Positions 35,801 through 47,609 of a DNA stretch of 64,000 bases are shown piece after piece. The notes below the pieces were generated by a model. It was not told where the DNA came from, ran no database searches, and saw only the letters and a program-made list of their open reading frames with translations. Origin of the DNA: Dendrobates tinctorius (lineage: Eukaryota); NCBI RefSeq assembly GCF_039654945.1, contig NW_027361825.1, forward strand, positions 35,402,001-35,466,000, given 5' to 3'. A program made the position numbers and the translations under genes. The stretch's first letter is position 1, and the number at the start of each line of letters is the position of its first letter.

Positions 35801-38800
35801 CCGTGTCGAAGTGTCCCGCAGCCCCTACAGCAGTATTTCCACCACACACTACACAGATTTATAATGTGTGTATTTAAATAAAAAATGACCAGTTTTATGG
35901 TTTCAGTTTTATAGTTTCAAAGCTTTATTAAACAAGTTTATTAAAATTTTAAAAAAAGTTTACTAAAAAAAACATTTTTCAATAAAAGTTAAATTATTTT
36001 ACACTGGTTGTCTGTCATTTCTTTCTGCGGCGAAAAAGGTTAAATACAGGGTATTTAAAAGGTGAAATGGTATTCAAAACTAGGTATATAACTGTGGGTA
36101 AATTTTAGCTTTTTGCCACAGTTGTGTTCCTGGTTGTGTTTGAAGCAAAGTATTTCACCTAAAAAGTTGTGTTTATTGTTGGTGATTTCCTAACAATGTA
36201 CACAACTTTTGTTAAAAGGTGAAATACTTTGCATAAAACACAACCAGGTACACACCTGTGGCCTAAAGCTAAAAATAGAGACCATGACAAGATAGTCAAC
36301 TTTGGTTGGCAAAGGTATATACTGTTGGTACAGAAGGTACACAAGTTTGGTTAGGGCACAAATCTTTCACACTCTGTCATCCTGCCAGTGTACTCTGCCT
36401 TGAGGTGACATAAAGTATAGTGCAAAATTGTCCCTCATTACTGAAACCGTCACAGAACTTCTAGTGGTAATGTCATGGTAATCTTGCAAGGTGGTTTCTT
36501 CAGAGGTGTCCTCAATGGAAATGGGTTCCTTGCAGATAACAAAATTGTGGAGTACCACGCACGCTTTGATCACCTCGTCCACAGTTTCTGTCTTGAGGTT
36601 GATCGCAGTCAATAGGACCCGCCATTTGGCTGTCAGAATACCAAAGGTACATTCAACCATTCTTCTTGCTCTTGTGAGGCGGTAATTAAAAATGCGTTTT
36701 GGTCTTGTCAATCCTCTGCTAGAGTACGGTTTCAAAAGGTGTTCTGACAGCTGGAAGGCTTCATCCCCTACACAGACAAATGGCATAGGTGGACCAGATG
36801 TTTGCGGCAGCGGTCTAGGTGGTGGGAACTGGAAGGTGTTTCCATACAGTTTACGCCCCATGGCAGACAGTTTGAAAACTTGAGAGTCATTGGAGCGGCC
36901 ATAGGCCCCAATATCAACCGCAATAAATTTGTATTCCGCGTCAGCGATGGCCATGAGGACAATTGAAAAATATTTCTTGTAATTGAAATATTCCGATCCC
37001 GATCCAGCTGGCTTTACAATGCGGATATGTTTCCCGTCCACAGCGCCCAAGCAGTTTGGAAACTGACATATCTGTTGAAACTTGTCAGCAATTTCAATCC
37101 ACCTCTGTTGTGGGCTCTGGTAAAAACTCTTCAGCTAAGGAGTCCCACAGTGCACGGCATGTGTACTTCACAATTCCAGATATGGTGGAAATCAGGAGTC
37201 TGTACTGGAAATGCAGTGACGAAAGGGATTCTCCAGTTGCAAGAAATCTGTGGGGAATTAAAAAACAATAAATTAGTTTTAAATCACAGCATTACATACC
37301 AAAACTGACCTATAACACTTGGAGATACAAACTACCACCAACAAGATTGCAGTGAAAGTGTGCTCTGATGCGAGCATATCCAATAAATGTGGCTTACCTT
37401 AAAGTCACCATCAGACGCTCTGCGGGTGAAACAGAGAAGCGGCAATAGGTGTCCGCTTTTCTTATGAGGTGTGCAATGCGCTCCACCATATCCAAAAAAT
37501 TTATCCGGGTTTCGTCGAAGGTCCATGCAGAGTGTAGAATAGACCCCACGCGTCATTCTCTTGGCTGTGATGGGGTGGATCCACAAACGTCGTCTACGAT
37601 GCCTGATGCGCTGCTGTCTCGCTCTCTCCTTCTCCAGAACAATCACCCTCAAACGATTCGCCTCCGCTATAAAATCCGCCAAATTCTTCAAAATATTTCC
37701 AATGACAACATCCATCTTCGCCAGTAACTTGCTCTTCTCTCCAACCTGCACTTTCTCCTCTACAACCTGTCAAAGAAGGGCTGTAGGAACATGCTATATA
37801 TAGTTTTCCAGTAGCCAATCCCGTTCGGAAGGCCACAAGGGTCAATTTTAAAAACCGGATCCGGCGTAATCCGTCGAAAAACGGATAGAAAATCGGATGA
37901 ACCGGATGAGACGGATCCGGTTTTGTCTGTCAAGAAAAAGACGGATCCGGCAGAAAACCGGATCCGTCACATCCGGTTTTACGAAACATTTGCCGGATCC
38001 GGCGTTCCGACACGACGCCGGATCGCGCCTGACGCCGAAAACCTGATGTGTGAAAGTAGCCTAAGTGGTCTGATTACTTATATGATGGTGAGAAACTGAA
38101 TAAGCACGATGTTTAATATTTTACAACAGTAAATTTGTTGTTATGAATTGGCCATTTATGAAGGAGTCGGAGCCGGAGTCGGAGCCTGATAAAATCCAGG
38201 AGTCGGAGTCGCAACTGTGGCTTACCGACTCCACAGCCCTGATGAATACACCAAGGAAAAGGGCGATTATGTGATCACCAGTGCCAGGGATCAAACCCCA
38301 AACACACGGCTGAGAGTGGACGGGACAAGTAACAGTACAGCGCGTTTGTGCCCCAGGATGACTTCTGTCATGGCGAGTCACGCGCCAAATAAAATGAATA
38401 AGTGTCACGTAGCGGTGACCTTGCAGTGAAATAGAATTGTAAATGTCATATGAGATCATCGTCACTTTGTCCAACATGCAATGTGCACCTTTACGCTTTT
38501 ACGCCACTTTGGATGACGCACATTTAGAGTCACAGTGTAGGCAAACCTCCAAGCGAAAATCCAGCTACAGAAGGGTTAACAGAGATAGTTTTCCAGCCAG
38601 ACTGAAGCTTGTGCATATATCTATCAGGTAGAACTGGCGACACATTCTTGTTGTAATCGTCTAGCAGAGATGAAGGACCTCACAAAGAGAAAAACCCTGA
38701 CGCTACTTAACCCCTTCAACTTTCATGCTTTATTTTTTCCTTTTTTTCTTCCAAGAGCCATAACTTTTTATTTCTGTAAATGTAGACAGATGAGGGACTT

Positions 38801-39817
38801 GTTTGTGGCTGGACGGGTTGTAGTTTTTAAAGACCTCTTTCAGTTTATCACACAAAGTGCTGAAAAAAAATGGGGGATGGGTGGGGTGGGGTAAACAAAT
38901 GCGATGAAATAGCGATAGTCAAACATCAAAACTGCAATTTCACCATTTTTTGATATTTTGTGGTTTTTTTTTTTTTTTTTTTTTTTTATAGTGTTCATTG
39001 GGCAGCACAATTCTCCAGGTCAGTATGATTCTAGGGACAAGAAATTAAATAACAGCAACTCCGGAGTTTTGCCTTCGGTTTTCCTCTCTATGGCATTTAA
39101 CTTATGAGCCAATTGATTTCTTATTTTGATAGATTGAACTTTTACGGACGTAACGCTATAGTAATATATTTCTTTATATTTAAGCTGGGAAAAGAATGGG
39201 ATTGAGAGTGAATCAAATGTTATTTTTTTAACCTCCATTTCTAGTCTCCATAGTGGACCTGATCCTATGAGCCTTCGAATGCTTGTTCACCGTATCAGAA
39301 TATTGCTGTATATAGAGAAATATGACGTGGCACCCCAGAATTGTGATGGGAGTCAATGCACACGTCGACAGCCAGCAAGATATTAGTAGCAGCATTTAAA
39401 AGGTTAAATAACAGCGATTGGAGCTAGCTCTGGTTACTGCTGTTAGAGGCGGATAAAGGCTATATAAAACAGTAAAACAATCAGCACATGCTCTCGATGG
39501 AACGCTTACGTTCTATGTTGGGAAAGGGTTAAAGAGCAGTGTGTAGGGTCTGCTTGCTCTCTTTGCCCCCATGCAGGCAGCTCTCATCTGCTCACCTGTT
39601 GTCCACAAACATCACAGCGTAGTTGACAGCCGGCCCAGCAGGGATCCCGGCTTCTTTGAAGAAGTTGATCCATTCAGATGTGGCTTTAAAAAAAAAAAAA
39701 AAAAAGAAAAAAAAAGTGGATAGATTTAAAGGTAACCAAATCTATGCACAATCAAATGATAGCACCGGACACCGGGAAAATAAACGTAAATGTCTTACCC
39801 ATCGTGACGGACACCAT
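21150..39817 (-). CDS. C19orf47: C19orf47 orthologue (N-terminal SAM-like domain), ~402 aa; join of 39799-39817, 39596-39683, 27501-27615, 26936-27011, 23676-23810, 21954-22103, 21783-21853, 21150-21704
   Basis: Spliced translation [47 protein letters not shown]...[22 protein letters not shown]...TSVFDRLG...[10 protein letters not shown]...[11 protein letters not shown] matches human C19orf47 as recalled; all introns GT-AG with consistent phases; 1209 nt. Confidence 0.95.
21783..21853 (-). CDS. C19orf47: C19orf47 exon (71 nt)
   Basis: [23 protein letters not shown]; AG/GT boundaries. Confidence 0.93.
21954..22103 (-). CDS. C19orf47: C19orf47 exon (150 nt)
   Basis: [49 protein letters not shown]. 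Confidence 0.93.
22970..23656 (+). mobile_element. Possible solo LTR in a C19orf47 intron
   Basis: TG...GATCCCTACA ends, internal AATAAA near 23376 and AAGATGGCCGCC; no TSD identified. Confidence 0.3.
23676..23810 (-). CDS. C19orf47: C19orf47 exon (135 nt)
   Basis: [44 protein letters not shown]. Confidence 0.93.
24082..24476. mobile_element. Harbinger-type MITE
   Basis: TIRs AGGGCCTGTCACACT / AGTGTGACAGTACCT flanked by TAA/TTA; the empty site is visible in the opposite arm of the host inverted repeat. Confidence 0.8.
25826..25860 (+). ncRNA. Decayed minimal hammerhead-ribozyme-like motif in an inverted Penelope-like remnant (~25625-26200)
   Basis: AA-CTGATGA-A-GGTC-CAGGC-AACT-GAAA-CG-TT-TT; the inverted partial copy at ~25690-25720 reads CCAGGCGACC, restoring stem II GGTC/GACC. 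Confidence 0.55.
25911..26174. mobile_element. T2/Kolobok-type MITE, near-perfect palindrome
   Basis: TTAA TSD (25907-25910, 26175-26178); AGGGAATCTGTCACC termini; ~120-bp arms with few mismatches. Confidence 0.9.
26936..27011 (-). CDS. C19orf47: C19orf47 exon (76 nt)
   Basis: [25 protein letters not shown]. Confidence 0.92.
27501..27615 (-). CDS. C19orf47: C19orf47 exon (115 nt)
   Basis: [38 protein letters not shown]. Confidence 0.95.
28788..30744 (+). pseudogene. hAT transposase pseudogene (BED finger, DDE, C-terminal dimerisation domain), at least 3 frame breaks
   Basis: BED-type ...VCQC...[11 protein letters not shown]; [35 protein letters not shown] spread over four ORFs. Confidence 0.92.
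31242..32846 (+). mobile_element. Full-length Tc1 transposon, apparently intact
   Basis: ~207-bp near-identical TIRs starting CAGTGGGGAAAAAAAGTATTTAGTC; TA TSD at 31240-31241 and 32847-32848. Confidence 0.97.
31607..32629 (+). CDS. Tc1 DD34E transposase, 340 aa, uninterrupted
   Basis: Paired-like HTH N-terminus, GAPRK linker, [20 protein letters not shown] with 34 residues between the second D and E. Confidence 0.96.
   Translation: MVKTKELSKDTRNKIVALHQAGKTESAIANQLGVKKSTVGAIIRKWKTYKTTDNLPRSGAPRKIPPRGVRMITRTVSKNPRTTRGDLVNELQRAGTNVTRPTVSNTLRHHGLRSCSARRVPLLKPVHVRARLKFAREHLDDPEEFWENVLWSDETKLELFGRNTTCRVWRKKNTELHPSNTIPTVKHGGGNIMLWGCFSAKGPGRLIRVHERMNGAMYREILSANLLPSARALKMKRGWVFQHDNDPKHTARATKEWLRKKHFKVLEWPSQSPDLNPIENLWRELKVRVAKRKAKNITALEEICMEEWANIPTTVCGNLVKTYRKRLTSVIANKGYITKY
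32847..32854 (+). promoter_or_regulatory. TATA box of the Harbinger Myb/MADF gene (Tc1 target site)
   Basis: TATAAAAG 39 nt upstream of the ATG at 32886; pre-insertion site reads GACATATATAAAAGC. Confidence 0.6.
32886..35445 (+). CDS. Harbinger Myb/SANT-like (MADF) DNA-binding protein, 7 exons: 32886-33022, 33109-33235, 33307-33381, 33517-33600, 33696-33906, 34107-34263, 34377-35445 (C-terminus supplied by an inserted MITE)
   Basis: All GT-AG with consistent phases; MADF signature [12 protein letters not shown]...RLWEEI...[11 protein letters not shown]...[10 protein letters not shown]; BESS-like [23 protein letters not shown]; TACTAAC branch point at 34081. Confidence 0.8.
33942..34072. mobile_element. 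Short hAT-type MITE in intron 5 of the MADF gene
   Basis: Palindromic, TIR CAGTGTTTCCC(G/A)AACTCCAGTCCTC; TSD degenerate. Confidence 0.75.
35011..35100 (+). repeat. Coding 18-bp repeat, (PQHQQP)x5
   Basis: CCCCAGCACCAGCAACCT x5, in frame in the MADF gene. Confidence 0.9.
35252..35756. mobile_element. Harbinger MITE of the same family, inserted in the last exon of the MADF gene
   Basis: Termini GGCCTCTTTCACACATCAG / CTGATGTGTGAAAGTAGCC identical to the host termini; TAA TSD at 35249-35251 and 35757-35759. Confidence 0.93.
36367..37715 (-). pseudogene. Harbinger (HARBI1-like) DDE transposase pseudogene, 2 exons (37398-37715, 36367-37247)
   Basis: [13 protein letters not shown]|[36 protein letters not shown]; frameshifts near 37490 and 37100. 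Confidence 0.9.
38711..39528. mobile_element. piggyBac-like non-autonomous element
   Basis: TTAA TSD (38707-38710, 39529-39532); termini CCCCTTC / GAAAGGG. Confidence 0.7.
39596..39683 (-). CDS. C19orf47: C19orf47 exon (88 nt)
   Basis: [28 protein letters not shown]. Confidence 0.95.
39799..39817 (-). CDS. C19orf47: C19orf47 start-codon exon (exon extends to 39844 as 5' UTR)
   Basis: ATG GTG TCC GTC ACG ATG G|GTAAG = MVSVTM; acceptor TTTGCAG. Confidence 0.9.
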
Positions 39818-41892
39818 GATGGGAGCCTCAAAGATGATTGACAGCTGCAAAGAAACCACATGAGATTATTGTCTGCCTGGGACGGAACATTGTTTCTAGT
39901 CTGCCGGCATCAGATTCGATAAGTTCCTATGTGAAATGTTGGATGATCTGCTAGATCAGGATGGAGAGGACACAGCGGGTGGGATGAGCTGGTCGGCCCT
40001 ACCCTATCATTCCCCACGAAGCAGCTGGGAGCCAGAAATAGCTCCTGACTTCACACCAGGCCGCGCTCTATTTATGGCCCCCGTGTAAGACGCAGGTGGG
40101 CGCCGTACAATCCAGCGCTGATAAGACAACACATCCATTCACCTTAAAGTGCACAGAGATCCCGTGTTTTACAGCCAGGCTCACGGGCTGGGCTGGCATC
40201 AATGATCCTAGAAGTCATCTCATCCCAGCAAAATGCAAGGGCAGAGATTGCCACGAGGGGCTCCTCCACTGCACCTGTCTCTTGCTCCACTTCTGAACTA
40301 GTTTTGACAAACCTTCCCCACTTTTGTTCTCTAAAAAAAGAGCATTTATCATCTAGCAAGTAAAGTTGCGAAAAAAAAAAGCAAACCAAATGCTACAACA
40401 TTGGGCAGAAATGAGAGGGAGCTCACCACCTAATACACATAAAGGATAATGTGAACAGATTCCTCGGTTTCAAGCCTCAGAGGAAGCAGTCATTTGTAGG
40501 GCGAAACCCTGGCTCGGGCTATGCATTCAGCACCTGCCATGATTTGGACTGCTTCATGCATTTATTCTTAATGACTACTGTGAGTATAATAAATACTTTT
40601 CACTGGTTATCCAGTCTAGTGGCTCCACGCTATATTCCATTTTATCAGATTAGGCACCTTGCCACCTGGATTTAGACACTTTACATCATAAGAATTGCGA
40701 CATTTACAAGGATACCTGCTGTTTCATTGCAGAATTTGTACTTGGAAACCAAGGACTCTGTTCACACTATCCTTTATCTATATTAGATGGTGAGCTCTCT
40801 CCATATCAGCAAAATGTACCAGTGTTTTTTTTCTTCCAATTTTATTTGTTTAACCTTTGGGATTGAAGGACTCATCCACAAAACAGCATCAGCTCCATTG
40901 GGATTTTGTTGGGATTGATGCTTTATTCATCATCTATCCATTAGATCAGTGGGGGACCAACTTTGCACAATCCATAAAGGACAGAAGCACGGGTGAAACG
41001 CGCGTCGGGGTGCGAGGAGACAGCGTTCACCTGGTGTTCAGAACGGCTACATCACAGACTCCGGTAATATGTGTCTGGCCTTTTCTTTCTTTATTTGTTC
41101 ATAATGATTGGTAATTCATATAGAAATGGGGGAGGTCATGGTAATACAGCCAGAGATATGTGTATGCCATTTCATGGCCATATTGAGATGCCTATTAAAA
41201 TGAACCGTGGCAAGTGAAAAATAATTCCATTTGGGGTCTTTATTAATTATTTTGCAAAACCTGGTTCATTGCATATCTATGAAGGATTAACCTTTTGTGT
41301 TATGAATTGGCATAGCATGTGTGTATACTGGAGTTTATCTGAATGCATAAGACAATTTTAATAGTAGTCAGTCTTTTTTGGTGGCACGGATTTGGTATGC
41401 CTTGTATAAATATTAAAGTTTATTGGCTTACACTTGGCACTTTATTTATAGTTAGTATTCACCCTTTGGATATTAATATGTAGCCCCTGTAAATAAGATT
41501 GTACTTTTCACTTATGGTATCCTCCCTAAAAACTAAATAATTTTATGCAGATAATTGTTACCAACGTTAGGAACAAATTTATCAATAGATATATAATATG
41601 AAGCACAGTGATATTGTATAAAAATTTGTGTATCCTGTCACTGCTGTTCTCCTTGCTTATGCATTATTTGGTTTGAGGCGTTTTGTTTAAATTTTCTAAT
41701 AATTTCTTCAATGTTATATAAAAAATTGTAGACACTCTTGATCCATGTCACTCAGGAATGTCATGATCTTGTGATATATCAGTTTGATGGAGTGTTGCCT
41801 GTTCCCTGCTGGGATAAAAGGCTTGGGTATTGTGCTTACAATCCATAAAGTGGTGGAAATACCTGCACCATCAGACCATGCACATGTATTAA

Positions 41893-42241
41893 GGCTATGT
41901 GCACACGTTGCAGATTCTGCTGTGGAATTTTCTGGGCAGATTTTGCTAAATCCGCAGGTAAAATGACTTGCGCTTTACCTGCGGATTTACTGCGGATTTT
42001 CTGCAGTTTTTGAGCGGATTTCCCCTGCGTTTTGAGACCTGAGGATTCCTATAATGGAGCAGGTGTCAAAACACTGCGGATCTGCACAAAAGAAGTGACA
42101 TGCTGCAGTTTTAAATCTGCGTGGAAAAATCTGCAGCATGTGCACTGCGTTTTTTTTCTTTAATAGGATAGAATGGTACTGTACATCACTTGCAGTTCTG
42201 CTGCGGCTCCGCAGCAGAAACTGCAACGTGTGCACAGACCC
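41893..42241. mobile_element. Harbinger-type MITE
   Basis: GGCTATGTGCACACGTTGCAG / CTGCAACGTGTGCACAGACCC; TAA TSD on both sides. Confidence 0.85.
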
Positions 42242-43512
42242 TAAATGTGCAAAAAAAAAAAAAAAAGAAGCTGTGTGCAACAGACAAGGGCTAGTTCTGG
42301 CAGGAGTACCACTTTTAAAGGGGTGATGCACCGCCTCTAACTTCTGCATTGGGGGGGGCGAGACATTAAGGCACATTAATTACAAGGACAGGGGCACAAT
42401 TCGTGCCCATCATGCACGAGGCAAATTACACAGTCTAATGCAATGCACGGCACGAGATCAGAGCATTGCACTGAACAACGGCCTTACCTGGGAGGACATC
42501 TACCCCAGTGACATTCCTCATGCAATTTGCCTACAGCCTTCATAATACATGAAAGCCGGGCCCCGTAATGGTATGTTCACTCAAGGAGGGTACGCTGCAG
42601 ATCTCTTTTTGGAACCTGATGCAGGGTATTACAGTACCAATAATTAACATTTGGCACAGATATTAGATTCACGGACAGATGTCCCATGTGGTTTGCACAC
42701 TATGCAATGTATAGCATGAAGTCTTTTGCAAATCCACAATAGTAATACAAAAAATCCCACCTCATGTGGAATACACCCTCAGGGTATGTTTCAGTGTTTT
42801 TTTCTGCAAAAATAAACCACTTAAAAAAAAACAAGTTTTTTTTCCCCACACTTGTTTTTATACAGTTTGTGCACAGGGAGTTTTTCTGCTTCAAATGATT
42901 CAGCAGCCATACTTGGAGCAGTCATTCCAGCAGAGTCACTTCTAGGATTGACAGGTTCTCGTCATTAAGATGTTCGTGTAACATGGTCCAAGCACAGACT
43001 GGCGGAGGGTGTCCAAACCAAAGCAGGACAGTCTCACAGAAAAACAGGAGGCTGTCACACTCCGGATGCGAGACCCACAGACAGTCCATGCTCGGACCGT
43101 GTTCCCACTGAAATAAAAAAGAAGCTTATTCCTATAGGAAGTGAATTCTCCCAACATGTAAACCTAGTCTCATCATCTAAGTGGCCGTGGATGACACCTC
43201 TTAAATACCACACCCACTTGGCTAGACAAATAATTTTTATACAGGGAAGAAGGAACCAAATCACAAGCATTGAGAGGCGCAGAAATAAAGGAAAAACGTC
43301 CCCGAAGATAGGAGAACAGCGGGCAATTCTTGCAGTTCTTCATAAACGTTCCTATCTCCAGAACATGGGAGACTTCCTCCACCAAGATGACGTCGACAGA
43401 CCTAAATTACGCCAGGGTGAGGGTGTGATTACAGAATTTGTGGACGGGCTAGTTTCGGGGGCAGCGACGTCCCACGGGATTAGTCTTGGCGGGCCAGATG
43501 GGTTTTCCTTAA

Positions 43513-43958
43513 AGGGGTTATTCCCATCTTCACAGATGGATGTTGTTGGATTGAGCTTGTAAAATCGAGCACTTTTGCAATTTACTGCTTACTAAAATTT
43601 TCAGTCGTTAGTGAGATATTAACACTTTTCTTTATCGCTCGTTGCCTAGGAGACCAACCACGGCTATTGTCTAAGTCAGTAAGCATTGCTCTGAAGCTGG
43701 CCAGGATTTAGAGCTAGCTGCACCCTCCAGCGGATCCTGGCCAGCTTCAAAATGATGCTCACAAGAGCAAATTAAGAGCTTGTAAGCACAGGGCATGTTC
43801 TGCTGTTTAGCAGCGGTGGTCGGTCTCCAAGGCAACGAGCTGTAAGCCACAGAAATGTGTTAATATCTCAGGCACGGCCGAACATTTCAATAGGCAGTAA
43901 ATGACAAAATTGGTCGCACGTCCAAGCACTATCCCACTATGAAAAAGGGTGCAACCAT
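43513..43958. mobile_element. Degenerate T2/Kolobok-type MITE
   Basis: TTAA-AGGGG start, CCATTTAA end, internal inverted arms (CGTTGCCTAGGAGACC / GGTCTCCAAGGCAACG). Confidence 0.6.
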
Positions 43959-44263
43959 TTAAAGGGATTGTCCAACTCTTTGCAGCACTGGGGTGTAAGT
44001 GCTGCTATCAAATCCAATGCAATTGGAATCAATGAAATCAGAGTCTAACCAAGTCCAAAAGAAGAAGACCCCCTTATAGAGGACAGTTCACACATGCAAT
44101 TTTCACACAAGCAGCAGTACAGACTTATGGATTTAAAATGACTTAACAATGTGTCAAAATTGTGATATGAAATCATGGACGGCTGCTCATGACAACGAGC
44201 CACTTCTACCTCCACAGCAATCCTTACAGTACAGGGTGCAGCCATAACCAGCACAAACCTCAC

Positions 44264-44520
44264 CCCCGTCCTCTCCACTGCAGCCTCCGCTCTCCCCGAG
44301 ACCCTCTTCCGTTCTGCCCGCACCCGGATTCTACATCATTCACACTCAGCCAACCAGCAAGCACTCTGCTAAAATGAGACACGCTGATTGGTGTACACAG
44401 ACTCGTGACCGCCAATTGCATACAGAGGCCTTTTGGGAATTGTAGTTTTGTGTGAAGCACTGTTTGCGTGCTGACGTCATCCACAGCGTGGGTGCGGGAT
44501 ACCTGGTGAATAAACGCGGG
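44264..44520. promoter_or_regulatory. Probable C19orf47 non-coding exon 1 and C19orf47/PLD3 (bidirectional) promoter
   Basis: Minus-strand donor GG|GTGAGG at 44263; GC-rich segment; CCAAT boxes (44387-44391, 44412-44416); TGGGAATTGTAGT (ZNF143/THAP11-type, 44434-44446); CRE TGACGTCA (44472-44479). Confidence 0.6.
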
Positions 44521-45603
44521 ACCCAAACAATTCCTGTGGGGTAGGAGATATATTATCTGCAGTCACTGTTCACATTGCTCCTAGCTGGCGATGTGCAGCA
44601 TGTTAATAATGGAGTCATATACATGATGGGAGTTATGGTTTTATTCCCTTAAAGGGATTGTCCACTACTGGATGTCTCCAGTATGCTGAATTAAAAAAGG
44701 GGCTTTAAGAACACAATGTATGTACTTTTTCTTCCATGATCTCTCGATATTTTTCTGTCCCCACCTCTGAGGCCTGTGTGACGAGTGGGGCGCAATGGTG
44801 ATGTGGGGGTCTGTTCTCACCTCATTCATTATGCAGTAAAAATGACCTGACAATACGATTCTCCAGGACAGGATGATTGCAGCGATAACACATTTTTGTT
44901 TTTTTTTATTTCTTTTGTACAAAATTCTGATTTTTTTTTAAGCCACCGATGTAATAATAACAAAAAAAGTCACCCAAAATAACTATTTTGGCGTTTTCCC
45001 ATTTTTTATGAGGAGGCGAGCTATGACGTCACCTATTGGGAATGATAGAGCCAGTGTTATCTGCTGTATATACAGGTGTTATCTGTCATTGTACAGGAGG
45101 AGGTGAGCTGTGACATCACCTATTGGGAATGATAGAGCCAGTGTTATCTGCTGTATATACAGGTGTTATCTGTCATTGTACAGGAGGAGGTGAGCTGTGA
45201 CATCACCTATTGGGAATGGTACAGTTGTGGCCAAAAGTATTGACACCCCTGCAATTTTGTCAGATAATACTCAGTTTCTTCCTGAAAATGATTGCAAACA
45301 CAAATTCTTTGGTATTATTATCTTCATTTAATTTGTCTTAAATGAAAAAACACAAAAAGAATTGTCCTAAAGCCAAATTGGATATAATTCCACACCAAAC
45401 ATAACAAAGAGGGTGGACAAAAGTATTGGCACTGTTCGAAAAATCATGTGATGCTTCTCTAATTTGTGTAATTAACAGCACCTGTAACTTACCTGTGGCA
45501 CCTAACAGGTGTTGGCAATAACTAAATCACACTTGCAGCCAGTTGACATGGATTAAAGTTGACTCAACCTCTGTCCTGTGTCCTTGTGTGTACCACATTG
45601 AGC

Positions 45604-46636
<1,033 letters not shown>

Positions 46637-46739
46637 GCTGAGGGTGCCAATACTTTTGTCTGGCCCATTTTTAGAGTTTTGTGTGAAATGATCAATGTTT
46701 TGCTTTTTGCTTCATTCTCTTTTGTGTTTTTTCATTTTA

Positions 46740-47609
46740 GGCTATGTGCACACGTACCGGAACTCTCGTGGAAATTACCGCGAGAATTCTGGAATTCCAT
46801 TCCGCGGGAAAATCGCATTTTGCAAGCGTATTTAGCTTGCAAAATGCTAGCGTTTTCCTAGCGATCTGTAGCATCGCTTGGAGAACTGATTGACAGGTTG
46901 GTCACACTCGTCAAACATAGTGTTTGACGAGTGTGACCAACTTTTTACTACTGAGGCCGCCTATGTGGCATCAGTAGTAAAAGATAAAATGCAAAAAAAA
47001 TAAGTGGTGTTATTCTTACCTTCCGACGTCCCGCGCAGCCTTCCCGCTTCTCTCCACGCTCTTGTTCCCAGTAATCCTTTGCGAAAATGCCCGCGATGAC
47101 GTCCGTTCTCGCGGGATCGCGATGTCTCGCGGTCATTCGCGATCCCGCGAGAACGGACGCCATCGCAGACATTTTCGCAAAGGATTACTGGGAACGGCTG
47201 CGCGGGACGCCGGAAGGTAAGAATAACAATATTTTTTATTTTAAATTCTATTTTTTTACAGGGATATGGTACCCAAAGCCCGGAGGACAGTCTCCTCTCC
47301 TCCGGACCGTGGGTACCATCCGCAAATGTTCTGCTTACTTTTCGCATGGTGTGCACAGCCACATGCGGGAAGTAAGCAAAACAATGCATTCCTATGGGTG
47401 CGGGATCACCGCGATTCCGCAAAATTAATGAGCATGCTGCGTTTTTTACCGCGAAGCGATTCCGCCGCGGTAAAAACCGCAGCATTAGCACAGCATTGCG
47501 GAATCCCATAGGAATGCATGGGATGCTTATTTTTTGCGTTTTCACGGCAAAATCGCGCAGTTAAAACCGCCGCGGAAACGCGAAAAAAACGCCACGTGTG
47601 AACCCAGCC
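46740..47609. mobile_element. Harbinger-type MITE inserted in the right TIR of the Tc1
   Basis: GGCTATGTGCACACG / CACGTGTGAACCCAGCC flanked by TTA/TAA; empty site CATTTAAGAC is visible in the left TIR. Confidence 0.85.

Larger units (their letters stand above)
30865..38061. mobile_element. Full-length PIF/Harbinger transposon with convergent Myb/MADF and transposase genes
   Basis: ~46-bp TIR GGC(CT/TA)CTTTCACACATCAGGTTTTCG(C/G)CGTCAGGCGCGATCCGGCG; TAA TSD at 30862-30864 and 38062-38064. Confidence 0.93.
28197..38241 (+). mobile_element. hAT DNA transposon (outer element of the nested stack)
   Basis: 17-bp TIR CAGGGCTGTGGAGTCGG; perfect 8-bp TSD ATGAATAC (28189-28196, 38242-38249); subterminal GGAGTC repeats. 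Confidence 0.95.

Noticed and set aside
36367-37050. Host HARBI1 gene
   Set aside because: Lies within TIRs and a TSD with a Myb partner and frameshifts, so it is a transposon copy
43173-43562. Short ORFs in C19orf47 intron 1
   Set aside because: No recognisable homology and no convincing splice-site pair
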